Below are positions 47,616 through 59,511 of a stretch of DNA of 64,000 nt, one piece after another. The position numbers were made by a program, and so were the translations under genes. Source of the stretch: Bacteroidota bacterium (lineage in GTDB: Bacteria > Bacteroidota > Bacteroidia > Chitinophagales > BACL12); assembly GCA_031372705.1 (NCBI GenBank), contig JANMLV010000097.1, forward strand, positions 8,316-72,315. The letters run 5' to 3'. Position 1 is the stretch's first letter. Every line of letters begins with the position of its first letter. The notes beneath the pieces were generated by a model. That model saw only the letters and a program-made list of their open reading frames with translations. It ran no database searches and was not told the origin of the DNA.

Positions 47616-48314
47616 TTAAATAATTCCGCCGTCGGCAAAGCTATAATAATCTTTATCGCCAATAATTACATGGTCTAAAACATTTATTTCCAGCAATGTT
47701 GCAGCCGTTTTCAGCTTTTTGGTGATAGAAATATCTGCTTCACTCGGCTGCAAATTTCCTGATGGATGATTGTGCACCAAAATCAGCGACGACGATAATT
47801 TCATTAATGCGCTTCTCAAAATAATTTTCATATCCACCACCGTTCCGGCAACGCCACCGATGCTGATTTTTTCTTTATCGATAATGCGATTACCTTTATT
47901 GAGATGTAACACCCAAAATTCTTCATACGGTAAATCGGATATCAACGGATAAATAATATCGAATATGTCGCGACTTGTTTTTATTTGCGTTTTAATTTCT
48001 GCTTCGGCTAAGTTGCGCCTTCGACCAAATTCCAGCGCCGCAATTAAGGTGAGTGCCTTAACCGGTCCAACTCCCGAAAATTGGGTAAAGTCAGGTACGC
48101 TTAGCCTACCTAATGCATTTAAATCGTTTTTATAGTGTAATAAGATGCGCTGTGCGAGTTCCACTGCTGTTTCCTTAGTGCTTCCACTCCCAATAAGAAT
48201 GGCCATTAATTCGGCATTAGTTAAACTTTGGCGACCTTTTAATTGCAACTTTTCACGCGGGCGATCTTCCTCAGCCAGTTGCTTTAGCGTAAATCCTGTA
48301 TTTCCTTCCATCAC
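47616..48314 (-). CDS. radC: RadC-family JAB/MPN domain protein
   Basis: HhH region (LSNAELMAILIGSG) and JAMM motif HNHPSG...S..D. GTG start at 48314 or ATG at 48311. Confidence 0.85.
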   Translation of the reverse strand: MMEGNTGFTLKQLAEEDRPREKLQLKGRQSLTNAELMAILIGSGSTKETAVELAQRILLHYKNDLNALGRLSVPDFTQFSGVGPVKALTLIAALEFGRRRNLAEAEIKTQIKTSRDIFDIIYPLISDLPYEEFWVLHLNKGNRIIDKEKISIGGVAGTVVDMKIILRSALMKLSSSLILVHNHPSGNLQPSEADISITKKLKTAATLLEINVLDHVIIGDKDYYSFADGGII

Positions 48315-48332
48315 ATTTCCTCCTCACAGGCC

Positions 48333-48370
48333 AAAAATAAAAAAAACCTGATAGTTTGCACTATCAGGTT
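48333..48370 (-). terminator. Intrinsic terminator after rpsT
   Basis: 10-bp stem AACCTGATAG / CTATCAGGTT. On the minus strand it is followed by TTTTTTTTATTTTTGG. Confidence 0.7.
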
Positions 48371-48391
48371 TACAATATCTTGAGATATTAA

Positions 48392-48652
48392 TTACTTCAC
48401 TTCAGCTACAGCAGCTGCAGGACGCATTAACGCTGACTTAATATTCGCAGCTTTATTTTTGTGAATTACGTTTCTTTTTGCAAGTTTATCGATCATTGAC
48501 ACTACTGTAGGAAGCATTTTTTCAGCTTCTGCTGGTTCAGCAGCTCTTAGCTTACGAATAGCGTTACGGGTTGTTTTACCATAGTAACGGTTTGCTTCAT
48601 TGCGTTTCTCAGATTGACGAATCGATTTTTTCGCGGCTTTATGATGTGCCAT
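48392..48652 (-). CDS. rpsT: 30S ribosomal protein S20
   Basis: [17 protein letters not shown]... is a canonical bS20 N-terminus, 86 aa. Confidence 0.9.
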   Translation of the reverse strand: MAHHKAAKKSIRQSEKRNEANRYYGKTTRNAIRKLRAAEPAEAEKMLPTVVSMIDKLAKRNVIHKNKAANIKSALMRPAAAVAEVK

Positions 48653-48678
48653 ACTATTATCTTAGTTTTTAAATTGGA

Positions 48679-48689
48679 GTGCAAATATA
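48679..48689 (-). promoter_or_regulatory. -7 promoter box for rpsT
   Basis: The minus strand reads TATATTTGCAC, about 30 nt upstream of the ATG at 48652. Confidence 0.55.
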
Positions 48690-48803
48690 CGGCGTATTAC
48701 CAAAAAACCAAAGAAATAACTTACATATTTTGACAAATCACCCAATATGCTTGCACTTTTTGCCTTAAACATCATTAAAAGCCTCACCTGTTAAGCATTA
48801 CAG

Positions 48804-50951
<2,148 letters not shown>

Positions 50952-51132
50952 TTAGCGACAAAGATATTGGAAATTTCGTTTAGACATCAATTTTACTGTT
51001 TTAAAGTGCAAAATGAATTGCCCCATCAGCGTCTTCATTTCAAAGAAGCTCCCGCATGGTGAATTTGTTCATTAAAATAAATTATCTCAGCGAGACCCTG
51101 ATGAATGGCAGGCTATTTCAGGAGGAGACACC

Positions 51133-52650
51133 TTACAATATCACAATTTTTTTTATGCCTATTGGTTGATTATTGTTATAAACTGTTAATATATACACTC
51201 CTGAATTAATGTTATTTCTAGAAAATCCAAAACGTTTCGTATTATTTGTTTCTGCAATTTCCCTGTTTGAAATTGATTGCTGATAGATAAATTTACCTGT
51301 AATATCAGTAATTAAAATGCTCATTGAGCCCATGTTAGTAATTCCAGTTATTTGGATAATTGCTTCATCAACTACCGGATTAGGGTAAATTAAAATATTT
51401 GATTCTGTATAGGGCATTTCCATCACTCCTATTATTAATGTATCGCAACCGGGGACTAAACATCCTAAGCTATCAAATTTTATAGCCCAAAAATTTTGAT
51501 CCTCACTTGTGGTCTCACTGAAACCGGCACCAACTCCAATAAATCCACCATCTGGCGTTAAGGCAAGATCGTTAATTCGATCATTGAAGTAATCTGCCGT
51601 TGCGGTGTAATACCTTTCCCAATAAGGAACGCCACCACTACTTATTTTACTTACGATTCCAACATAGTGAGAACTATAATTAGATGCATAATAACCCATA
51701 ACAATAAAATCTCCATTAGGAAGCTCTTTAGCTAAGCCAGGATACAATTCTTGATGAGATAGAGTGTCAATATCTATTAGGGATTCATATTTCCAAACCA
51801 CTTCACCATATTTATCAGTTTTAAAAACATAACTTTGATATGGAGGGCTAGGAAAATAAGCACCTGGCCCATACATACCTCCATCATTTGACTTTAACCC
51901 ATAAAATAAATAGTCTGTATGAAATGTTGTTGAAGATGTTTCAATGCCGGCTGAATCAATAATACGGTAATGATAGCCCTCAGGTAAAATGGGGCTGTCA
52001 GAATTAATTACATATACAGAGTCATTTGAACCAATACTAAAATTAGTAGGATTTAATTCATTATTAGTTCCATAACGTTTAATCCATATCAATTCACCTT
52101 CACTATTTAATTTGACAAAGTGAAAACCATATGAATCATTTGAATCCCAACCCGAATATAAAAGATTTCCATCACTAAACTCTTTTACCTGAAGCCCATA
52201 AATGTGGCCATCAAAACCATACCTTTTTAGAAATATTGTATCTCCGGTTGCCGGATCAATTTTTAATAAATACATCTCTGATTCTATTAATGTCTGCCTT
52301 GGACCACTAAATAAAACATTGCCATCTTGTGTAAGTATTGCAGACTGATTTTCACAGTAATAACTCACTCCGGAATCACCTAATACATTTTGCCAAACTA
52401 CATTGCCTTCAAGGTCTATTTTAGTGAACTTTAATTTTTCATCAAAATAATCGCCAACTTCATAACCCCATCCATTTCCAATTAACACATAGCCATCTTC
52501 TAATACTATGACACTTATCCCAACATCGTCACCCTCATTAAAATCAATTGTTTTGTTAAAGGTTACTTGGCTATCCAAATTATTATACACGAGCACTATT
52601 ATCAATGATAATATTACCCGTGTTCTCAAACATTTATTGATAATTTTCAC
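51133..52650 (-). CDS. Secreted repeat (beta-propeller-like) protein with a T9SS type A C-terminal sorting domain
   Basis: Signal peptide and repeated G..(V/I)W..(Y/R)G modules. The C-terminus ILIYPNPVVDEAIIQI...GVYILTVYNNNQPIGIKKIVIL is typical of Por_Secre_tail. Confidence 0.7.
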   Translation of the reverse strand: MKIINKCLRTRVILSLIIVLVYNNLDSQVTFNKTIDFNEGDDVGISVIVLEDGYVLIGNGWGYEVGDYFDEKLKFTKIDLEGNVVWQNVLGDSGVSYYCENQSAILTQDGNVLFSGPRQTLIESEMYLLKIDPATGDTIFLKRYGFDGHIYGLQVKEFSDGNLLYSGWDSNDSYGFHFVKLNSEGELIWIKRYGTNNELNPTNFSIGSNDSVYVINSDSPILPEGYHYRIIDSAGIETSSTTFHTDYLFYGLKSNDGGMYGPGAYFPSPPYQSYVFKTDKYGEVVWKYESLIDIDTLSHQELYPGLAKELPNGDFIVMGYYASNYSSHYVGIVSKISSGGVPYWERYYTATADYFNDRINDLALTPDGGFIGVGAGFSETTSEDQNFWAIKFDSLGCLVPGCDTLIIGVMEMPYTESNILIYPNPVVDEAIIQITGITNMGSMSILITDITGKFIYQQSISNREIAETNNTKRFGFSRNNINSGVYILTVYNNNQPIGIKKIVIL

Positions 52651-52706
52651 TGCTTAACAATTTTAAATGAATCAACTACTTTACTTAGGCTGAATTAACA
52701 ACCCAA

Positions 52707-52940
52707 CTAAACCAACAATTTATCTATCGCCTCCGCCAATTTTCTATCCTTTTCGGTAACAACATTTCCCGCATCATGTGTAGTTAAATTAATGGTAACT
52801 GTATTGTACACATTACTCCAATTTGGATGGTGATTTTGTTTTTCGGCTATAAAGGCAACGCGGGTCATAAATGCGAATGCATCTATAAAATTGGCGAATT
52901 TGAATGTTTGGGTGAGGGTGTTATTTTCTTCTTTCCACAT
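52707..52940 (-). CDS. phhB: 4a-hydroxytetrahydrobiopterin dehydratase
   Basis: The [21 protein letters not shown] pattern is characteristic of PCD/DCoH. Confidence 0.85.
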   Translation of the reverse strand: MWKEENNTLTQTFKFANFIDAFAFMTRVAFIAEKQNHHPNWSNVYNTVTINLTTHDAGNVVTEKDRKLAEAIDKLLV

Positions 52941-53096
52941 AGAACTGATTTTGAGTTAAAGATAAGCGGTAGTTTGCTATTATGACCTATTTTGGTTGCA
53001 AATCGACTAGCACAACTTTTGAATACTAATGTTCCACTACATAGGCTTAGTGAGCGATCTGCCTTTATTAAAGCTTAAAATTTCAAACTATTTGGT

Positions 53097-53104
53097 TAAA
53101 TTTG
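53097..53104 (+). promoter_or_regulatory. -7 promoter box for the 675-aa secreted protein
   Basis: TAAATTTG lies 15 nt upstream of ATG 53119 and inside the longer track ORF. Confidence 0.45.
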
Positions 53105-53118
53105 CTAAAACCCACAAT

Positions 53119-55146
53119 ATGAACACACCTTTCAAAAAGCTTTTGGAGTATTCTGCTCAAGCAGGTGCCTTTTTAATATTACCAACAAGTGCAGGTGCAC
53201 AGGTAATTTATCACAATATTGACCCCGACTCAGTTTTTGAGAATGATGGAAATATTCAAATTGACTTTAATGCAGATGGCGTTAATGATTTAGATTTCTC
53301 AGCGTTTTTCGAATATGATTGGACGTTCTGGACTGATGGAACTGAAGCATGGTGGGGAGATTTATCTGTAATCATTTCAAACTTTAGTGCTGTGATTTCA
53401 AATATGCCATATCCAGATTCATATGGCGCATTAGATTTAATGGAAGGATTTTCGATAAATAATTCGGCAAATTGGAATCTATGGGACACTATAAAACTTA
53501 TAGACTATAATAGTTATGATTCCTATATTTATGCTTATAGTGCATATAATAATTGGAACGGCAGTAATAAATATCTAGGCGTAAAATTTCTTATTAGTGG
53601 CGAGGAACATTATGGATGGGTGCGACTTAGCATAACAAATGATGGAACCGATGAAGGGTTGAAGCATTATACTGTCGCTGTGCAAGACTACGCATATGAG
53701 GCAATGCCGGGCGTGCCTCTTGTAATTACAAACCAAACATCCTCTATTGCCGAACACGTATTTATTTCTGATGATTATGATTTCCAAAACGCATCAGACT
53801 TTACAGTGGAATTCGAAAAAAGTGAATTTGAATCGACTGTTAGTGCTTACCGCATATTTATTTACCCATATTCCTACTTAGATCCAACACCCCCATCTCT
53901 GGCTTTTTGGGAAACACTACCTCCTGAACGTTTTTTTGATGTGTTACCGATAGGAGCGCCTTCCTATTCTGTTTCATTACCCGCTGCAATGTTCGATATT
54001 AACGGGAATCCGATTTTAACCGGATACCCGTCTTATTATAAAGCAATTATTGTTTCAATAGCGGATGGGGCTATGGTGACACAAAACAATGTTTCAGTTC
54101 CTAGTAACCCGATATTAAATAGTCTCACTATTGTAGGAAAACCATATTATGTGCACATCACTGAGTCCGGCAACAACTGTGATATTACGGATTTCGATGT
54201 TACCTTTCATAAGCCAAATGACGAAACGGGAATTGCTGAATACCGAGTATATATTTTAAATGATTTACAACCATCAGCTTCGGGCGAGGATGTGCGCTTT
54301 TATGAGAGTATTATTCCAAATGGGAGTACAACTTATTTTGTTTCCCCCAGCGCTGATAAATTAATTTTTGAGGATAGTGTGCCAATACTTTTTCATAATT
54401 ATTATACAGAAATTTTGGTTATTGCTGACGGCATTGAAGCTACCTATTCCAATTCTGTGTCGACCCGTTATTATGAATCATCATACTATGGAAATATTTA
54501 TGGAGAAGAGGCTCAATTTTATTGCGAACAATATAACCATATGCCTGTAATTTCCTTCATAGATTTCACTAAAACACCTGCAGATATCCGAGTGCAATTT
54601 AATGGGCCATCTAAAATATTTAAAGTAGATGAATACAGGATTTATATTGTTCCGGAAGCCGATACTGCTGACTTTACACCGGAGATAGCTAAAAATATTC
54701 CTGAGGCTAATTACATGCTCATAAATCCACCGGTTACTGATTTAGATGTGGTATTGCCTGCTAATTTGCCTGATATTTATGGTAATCTAGTTGCTGCTGA
54801 TAAACGCTATGCAGTTATGATTGCACTTATTGAAAATGCATCATTACCAAAAATTTCTGTGTCATTTGCGTCTGAAACATTCAACCTATTAAGTGATGAA
54901 GGGAATATCGCACTGCCTTACTCTTATATTTATGAAAATAATTTGTATGTAATGAGTAATGGTAATTTTCCATATTTGCTTAATTTGTATAACATGGCCG
55001 GGGAAAAAGTTTTGTCATATGAAATAACAACCACATTTACTATCATAGAACTTAATGATATAGCTAAAGGAATTTATATAATAAAAGCTACCCCAACAGA
55101 AGAAATGCCCACAAAAAAAATATTTGTGGGACATTCTGATTACTAA
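53119..55146 (+). CDS. Secreted hypothetical protein with three internal repeat modules and a T9SS type A-like C-terminal domain
   Basis: The signal peptide ends in SAGAQ. Modules are anchored by SAYRIFIYP, AEYRVYILN and DEYRIYIVP. The C-terminal beta-sandwich-like tail is LLNLYNMAGEKV...GIYIIKA...KKIFV. The start is trimmed from 53029. Confidence 0.6.
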   Translation: MNTPFKKLLEYSAQAGAFLILPTSAGAQVIYHNIDPDSVFENDGNIQIDFNADGVNDLDFSAFFEYDWTFWTDGTEAWWGDLSVIISNFSAVISNMPYPDSYGALDLMEGFSINNSANWNLWDTIKLIDYNSYDSYIYAYSAYNNWNGSNKYLGVKFLISGEEHYGWVRLSITNDGTDEGLKHYTVAVQDYAYEAMPGVPLVITNQTSSIAEHVFISDDYDFQNASDFTVEFEKSEFESTVSAYRIFIYPYSYLDPTPPSLAFWETLPPERFFDVLPIGAPSYSVSLPAAMFDINGNPILTGYPSYYKAIIVSIADGAMVTQNNVSVPSNPILNSLTIVGKPYYVHITESGNNCDITDFDVTFHKPNDETGIAEYRVYILNDLQPSASGEDVRFYESIIPNGSTTYFVSPSADKLIFEDSVPILFHNYYTEILVIADGIEATYSNSVSTRYYESSYYGNIYGEEAQFYCEQYNHMPVISFIDFTKTPADIRVQFNGPSKIFKVDEYRIYIVPEADTADFTPEIAKNIPEANYMLINPPVTDLDVVLPANLPDIYGNLVAADKRYAVMIALIENASLPKISVSFASETFNLLSDEGNIALPYSYIYENNLYVMSNGNFPYLLNLYNMAGEKVLSYEITTTFTIIELNDIAKGIYIIKATPTEEMPTKKIFVGHSDY

Positions 55147-55183
55147 AATGTTGTAGTAACTATTTTAAATCTGATTATTAAAT

Positions 55184-56611
55184 TTATTGAATCACACTAA
55201 TTTTTAACGTGTTGGTTCTTGCCATTTCTTTTACAGGCATGGTACCTAAATTTATTACCACATCATCTTTTTTAAGATAGCCGATTTCTGCGAGGTGTTG
55301 TTGTACTTCTTTAAAGGTATTATTAGTGCCGCGCATACCGTCGTAATAAAATGCTTCAACGCCCCACAATAAATTTAGAATATTTACTACTTCGGGATTA
55401 TTGGTGAATACATAAATTTTTGCTTTCGGTCGACAACTGGAAACCATAAATGCGGTGTAACCTGTTTTTGTCATTCCCATTATTGCGGCAGCGTGAACTT
55501 CGCCTGCAATATTGCATGCATTAAAACAAATGGCATCGCTTAAATATGTTTTCGAATTTTTATCAGGTTGGTGGCGACGGTTGTAAACTATTTCTTCTTT
55601 TTCGGCTTGTTCAACAATGCGCACCATGGTGCTGATAACTTTTACGGGATATTTTCCGGCTGCAGTTTCGGCACTAAGCATTACGGCATCTGCGCCATCT
55701 AAAACCGCATTGGCAACATCTGTTACTTCAGCTCGGGTTGGATGTGCATTTTCTATCATGCTTTCCATCATTTGCGTGGCAATAATTACCGGTGTGGTTT
55801 TTTCGAGACAACGGCGGCACAAATCTTTTTGAGTGAACGGCACTAATTCAACAGGCATTTCAACGCCCAAATCGCCGCGCGCTACCATAATGGCATCAGT
55901 GGCATCGATAATGGCATCGATATTTTTTAAGGCTTCCGGTTTTTCAATTTTTGCAATTACCATGGCATGGTGTCCGTGGTGACGAATAATATTTTTCAAA
56001 TGAATAATATCATCTGCCTTGCGCACAAACGAAAGGGCAATCCAGTTGGCGCCTTCATTTAATGCAAATAACAAATCGGCATGGTCTTTTTCAGTGAGCG
56101 ATGGTATGCTTACTTGTGTATCGGGGAGATTTACTCCTTTCTTAGATGAAATTGGTCCTCCGAAAATAACCTTGGTAACTACATGATCGTGCTGATTGGT
56201 TTCCAGTACTTTCAATTCTATTTTACCGTCATCTATTAATATTGTTTCGCCGGGACGCACATCGCTTGGGAATTTGGGATAAGTGATGTAGGCTCTTTTA
56301 TTATCGCCGATTAGCGGATGCGTTGTAAATTCAAAAATATCGCCTTCTTTTAACACCGTTAGCGGAAGTACTTCTCCCAATCTGATTTTAGGGCCTTGCA
56401 AATCGGCTAAAATACTTACATGTGTGTTTAATTCTTTGTTAACTTGTTTAATCAGGGCAATGGTTTGCTTATGGATTTCGTGTGTGCCATGCGAAAAATT
56501 CAATCTAAATACATCAACGCCTGCATGAATAAGCTTGGTAATCATTTGATGGTTGCTGCTAACAGGGCCTAGTGTAGCAATAATTTTGGTTTTATTTCCT
56601 CCTCGTTTCAT
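55184..56611 (-). CDS. pyk: Pyruvate kinase
   Basis: TKIIATLGP, FRLNFSHG, MVARGDLGVE and ATQMLESM-like motifs. Confidence 0.9.
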   Translation of the reverse strand: MKRGGNKTKIIATLGPVSSNHQMITKLIHAGVDVFRLNFSHGTHEIHKQTIALIKQVNKELNTHVSILADLQGPKIRLGEVLPLTVLKEGDIFEFTTHPLIGDNKRAYITYPKFPSDVRPGETILIDDGKIELKVLETNQHDHVVTKVIFGGPISSKKGVNLPDTQVSIPSLTEKDHADLLFALNEGANWIALSFVRKADDIIHLKNIIRHHGHHAMVIAKIEKPEALKNIDAIIDATDAIMVARGDLGVEMPVELVPFTQKDLCRRCLEKTTPVIIATQMMESMIENAHPTRAEVTDVANAVLDGADAVMLSAETAAGKYPVKVISTMVRIVEQAEKEEIVYNRRHQPDKNSKTYLSDAICFNACNIAGEVHAAAIMGMTKTGYTAFMVSSCRPKAKIYVFTNNPEVVNILNLLWGVEAFYYDGMRGTNNTFKEVQQHLAEIGYLKKDDVVINLGTMPVKEMARTNTLKISVIQ

Positions 56612-56644
56612 TTTGCTTGGTATAATTTATTTTTGAGTATGCTT

Positions 56645-57085
56645 TTATTGTTTTTTGGAATTATTGTCAAAGATGAGGTTGTTTTTCGACTTCAACGATT
56701 CAGGGTCAATAATAACTGCGGCCTGAATTTGTTCAATATCTTTTATTTTTTTTAAAATTTCTTGTTTGCGGGGAAGGTAGTATGCTCCCTTAATTATGAG
56801 GAGGTAGTCTAATTCTTTCAATTCGGGTATTAAACAGGTGGGTCCTTGCTTGTTCTGAATGATGTGAAACATAGACATGGTAAGCATTTCCTCGTAATCG
56901 AACTTTGCAAATCCGGTTTGAATTCTGTTCACCGGATCGATTTGAACCAAATCGTCGGTTTTTGCGAGCTGTTTATGCAGCGCATTGTTCACAAACCACG
57001 CCATACGGTAGTCTTGGAGGGGTGTTGCTATTCCGATGAGGACAAAATTGAACTCCGGGTCTATTTTAAGTTTTCGCTTCGCCAC
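56645..57085 (-). CDS. IPExxxVDY family protein (function unknown)
   Basis: Contains IPELKELDY, which matches the family signature with V replaced by L. About 146 aa, sitting between pyk and acpP as I recall for Bacteroidota. Confidence 0.6.
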   Translation of the reverse strand: MAKRKLKIDPEFNFVLIGIATPLQDYRMAWFVNNALHKQLAKTDDLVQIDPVNRIQTGFAKFDYEEMLTMSMFHIIQNKQGPTCLIPELKELDYLLIIKGAYYLPRKQEILKKIKDIEQIQAAVIIDPESLKSKNNLIFDNNSKKQ

Positions 57086-57163
57086 TGTTCATAAAATGTG
57101 GCCATAAAGGTAAGATACAACTATTATATCTCTGCACATTTGCACAATCCATATACATTCATT

Positions 57164-57171
57164 TATCTTTG
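57164..57171 (+). promoter_or_regulatory. -7 promoter box for acpP-fabF-rnc
   Basis: TATCTTTG followed by CAC. An upstream TTTG (57139-57142) within CACATTTGCAC sits at roughly -33. Confidence 0.55.
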
Positions 57172-57225
57172 CACTTTATTTTTAAACAATTCCTCCCTCG
57201 ACGGGGAGTATTAAAACCTAAAACA

Positions 57226-57462
57226 ATGTCAGAAATTGCAGAAAAAGTAAAAAAGATCATTATCGACAAGCTTGGTGTTGACGAGAGCGAAGTAGTTCCG
57301 GAAGCCAGCTTTACCAATGATTTAGGAGCTGATTCACTAGACACAGTAGAGTTAATCATGGAATTTGAAAAGGAATTCAGTATTTCTATTCCTGACGAAC
57401 AGGCTGAAGGCATTACCACAGTTGGTGACGCTATTGCTTACCTGGAAGAACACGTTAAGTAA
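57226..57462 (+). CDS. acpP: Acyl carrier protein
   Basis: [16 protein letters not shown] phosphopantetheine site, 78 aa. The start is trimmed from 57169. Confidence 0.95.
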   Translation: MSEIAEKVKKIIIDKLGVDESEVVPEASFTNDLGADSLDTVELIMEFEKEFSISIPDEQAEGITTVGDAIAYLEEHVK

Positions 57463-57476
57463 TTTTTTTCCATCTC

Positions 57477-58730
57477 ATGGCATCAAGAAGAGTTGTAGTA
57501 ACCGGTTTAGGGGCATTGACCCCCCTGGGCAACTCTGTACCTGCTTATTGGGAGGGGTTGGTAGCCGGCAAGAGCGGTGCTGATTTTATCACGCGCTTTG
57601 ACGCTACCAACTTCAAAACCCGATTTGCATGCGAGGTTAAAAACTTCGATCCTACCAGCGTTATCGACAAAAAAGAGGTGCGCCGTATGGATCCGTTTCT
57701 TCATTATGCTATTGCAGCTGTTGAAGAAGCCGTGCAGGATGCAGGTATTAAAAGCGACGAGGTTAATGTTGACCGCGTTGGTGTTATCTGGGCCAGTGGC
57801 ATTGGTGGTATAAAAACTTTTGAAGAAGAAGTTTTTGCTTTTGCCAAAGGCGACGGAACACCGAGGTTTAATCCGTTCTTTATTCCAAAAATGATTAGCG
57901 ACATCGCCGCAGGCATGATTTCTATCAGATATGGATTCAGAGGCGTAAACTTCGCTACGGTTTCTGCTTGTGCATCATCTACTCACTCTATCATTATTGC
58001 AGCCGACTGTATCAGGTTAGGCCGCGCCGATATTGTGATTTCAGGTGGTTCTGAAGCATCTGTCACCGCCCCGGGCGTTGGTGGATTTAATGCCATGAAA
58101 GCCTTAAGTGAACGCAACGACTCACCTCAAACTGCCTCTCGCCCTTTCGATGTAGATCGCGATGGCTTTGTGCTTGGTGAAGGTGCCGGTGCGCTTATTT
58201 TGGAAGAATATGAACACGCTGTTAAACGCGGTGCAACTATTTATGCAGAATATATGGGTGGTGGCATGAGTGCCGATGCCTATCATATGACTGCTCCGCA
58301 TCCGGATGGTTTAGGTGCTCAATTGGTTATGAAAGACGCTTTCAGAGATGCAGGAATGCAATTTGAAGAACTCGATTACATCAATGTACACGGAACATCC
58401 ACTCCAATTGGCGACCCACAGGAAATAAAGGCCATTCAAACCGTTTTTGGTGAGCATGCTTACAAAATGAACATCAGCTCAACCAAATCCATGACAGGTC
58501 ACCTACTTGGCGCAGCGGGCGCTATAGAGGCTATTGCAAGTATTCTTGCACTGAATAATGGTATTATTCCTCCTACAATTAACCATTTTACAGACGACCC
58601 TGTATTTGATACAAGACTCAATTTAACGTTCAATAAAGCGCAAAAGCGCGAATTAAACGCCGTACTAAGCAATACCTTCGGTTTCGGTGGACATAATGCT
58701 TCAGTGATATTTAAAAAATTGAGTAGCTAA
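57477..58730 (+). CDS. fabF: Beta-ketoacyl-ACP synthase II
   Basis: Active-site ACASS, HGTSTP and GHLLGAAG motifs. Confidence 0.95.
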   Translation: MASRRVVVTGLGALTPLGNSVPAYWEGLVAGKSGADFITRFDATNFKTRFACEVKNFDPTSVIDKKEVRRMDPFLHYAIAAVEEAVQDAGIKSDEVNVDRVGVIWASGIGGIKTFEEEVFAFAKGDGTPRFNPFFIPKMISDIAAGMISIRYGFRGVNFATVSACASSTHSIIIAADCIRLGRADIVISGGSEASVTAPGVGGFNAMKALSERNDSPQTASRPFDVDRDGFVLGEGAGALILEEYEHAVKRGATIYAEYMGGGMSADAYHMTAPHPDGLGAQLVMKDAFRDAGMQFEELDYINVHGTSTPIGDPQEIKAIQTVFGEHAYKMNISSTKSMTGHLLGAAGAIEAIASILALNNGIIPPTINHFTDDPVFDTRLNLTFNKAQKRELNAVLSNTFGFGGHNASVIFKKLSS

Positions 58731-58734
58731 TTGC

Positions 58735-59460
58735 TTGCTGTCAGAACTTCGCAAATTTTATAACTGTAATCTGGGACCCGAACAGGTCTTTTGCCGGAAG
58801 CTGAAAAGTATTACCGGATTGTCGCCCATTAATTTTAATGTTTACAAACTTGCTTTCCAGCATAGTTCTATCCATAATTCGGTGCATTCGAACAACGAAC
58901 GCTTAGAATTATTGGGCGATGCTGTAATAGATTTAGTAATTGCCGATTTCCTCTTTAAAAAATATCCCTACAAAACAGAAGGATTTTTAACCGAAATGCG
59001 CAGTAAAATTGTGAGTAGAGAGCAATTAAATCGCGTTGCATTAAAAATCGGGCTCGGCGAAATGATGCAAATAAGAAAAGGCGGCACCGACCTCACTAAA
59101 AGCAATGTGTTGGGCAACGCCCTAGAAGCCTTAGTGGGAGCCATTTATGTGGATTCAGGTTATATAAGTGCCAGTCAGTTTTTTATGCACAAAATATTAA
59201 TTCCTCATTACGAAATTGCCGATTTAGAAAGTTTAGTAATTAATTTCAAGAGTAAAATTATTGAGTGGGCGCAAAAAAATGGTCGCGATATTAAATTCGA
59301 CCTTATTGAAGAGCACGAATTAAAAGGCAAGCGCATGTATAAAATGGGATTATATCTCGACACCGAATTAATTGCGGAGGATATTGACTACAGTAAAAAG
59401 CGCGCTGAACAAAAAGCAAGTGAAATCGGTTGCAGGAAATTAGGCTTGCACGAGGCATAA
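58735..59460 (+). CDS. rnc: Ribonuclease III
   Basis: Signature ERLELLGDAV plus a C-terminal dsRBD. TTG start, no in-frame ATG nearby. Confidence 0.9.
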   Translation: MLSELRKFYNCNLGPEQVFCRKLKSITGLSPINFNVYKLAFQHSSIHNSVHSNNERLELLGDAVIDLVIADFLFKKYPYKTEGFLTEMRSKIVSREQLNRVALKIGLGEMMQIRKGGTDLTKSNVLGNALEALVGAIYVDSGYISASQFFMHKILIPHYEIADLESLVINFKSKIIEWAQKNGRDIKFDLIEEHELKGKRMYKMGLYLDTELIAEDIDYSKKRAEQKASEIGCRKLGLHEA

Positions 59461-59488
59461 AAAAACTCCCCGGCTATTAACCGGAGAG
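59459..59488 (-). terminator. Probable intrinsic terminator after tonB
   Basis: Stem CTCCCCGG / CCGGAGAG with one mismatch. On the minus strand it is followed by seven T that overlap the rnc stop codon. Confidence 0.5.
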
Positions 59489-59511
59489 CATGAACCCTGC
59501 GTTTTAAATAA

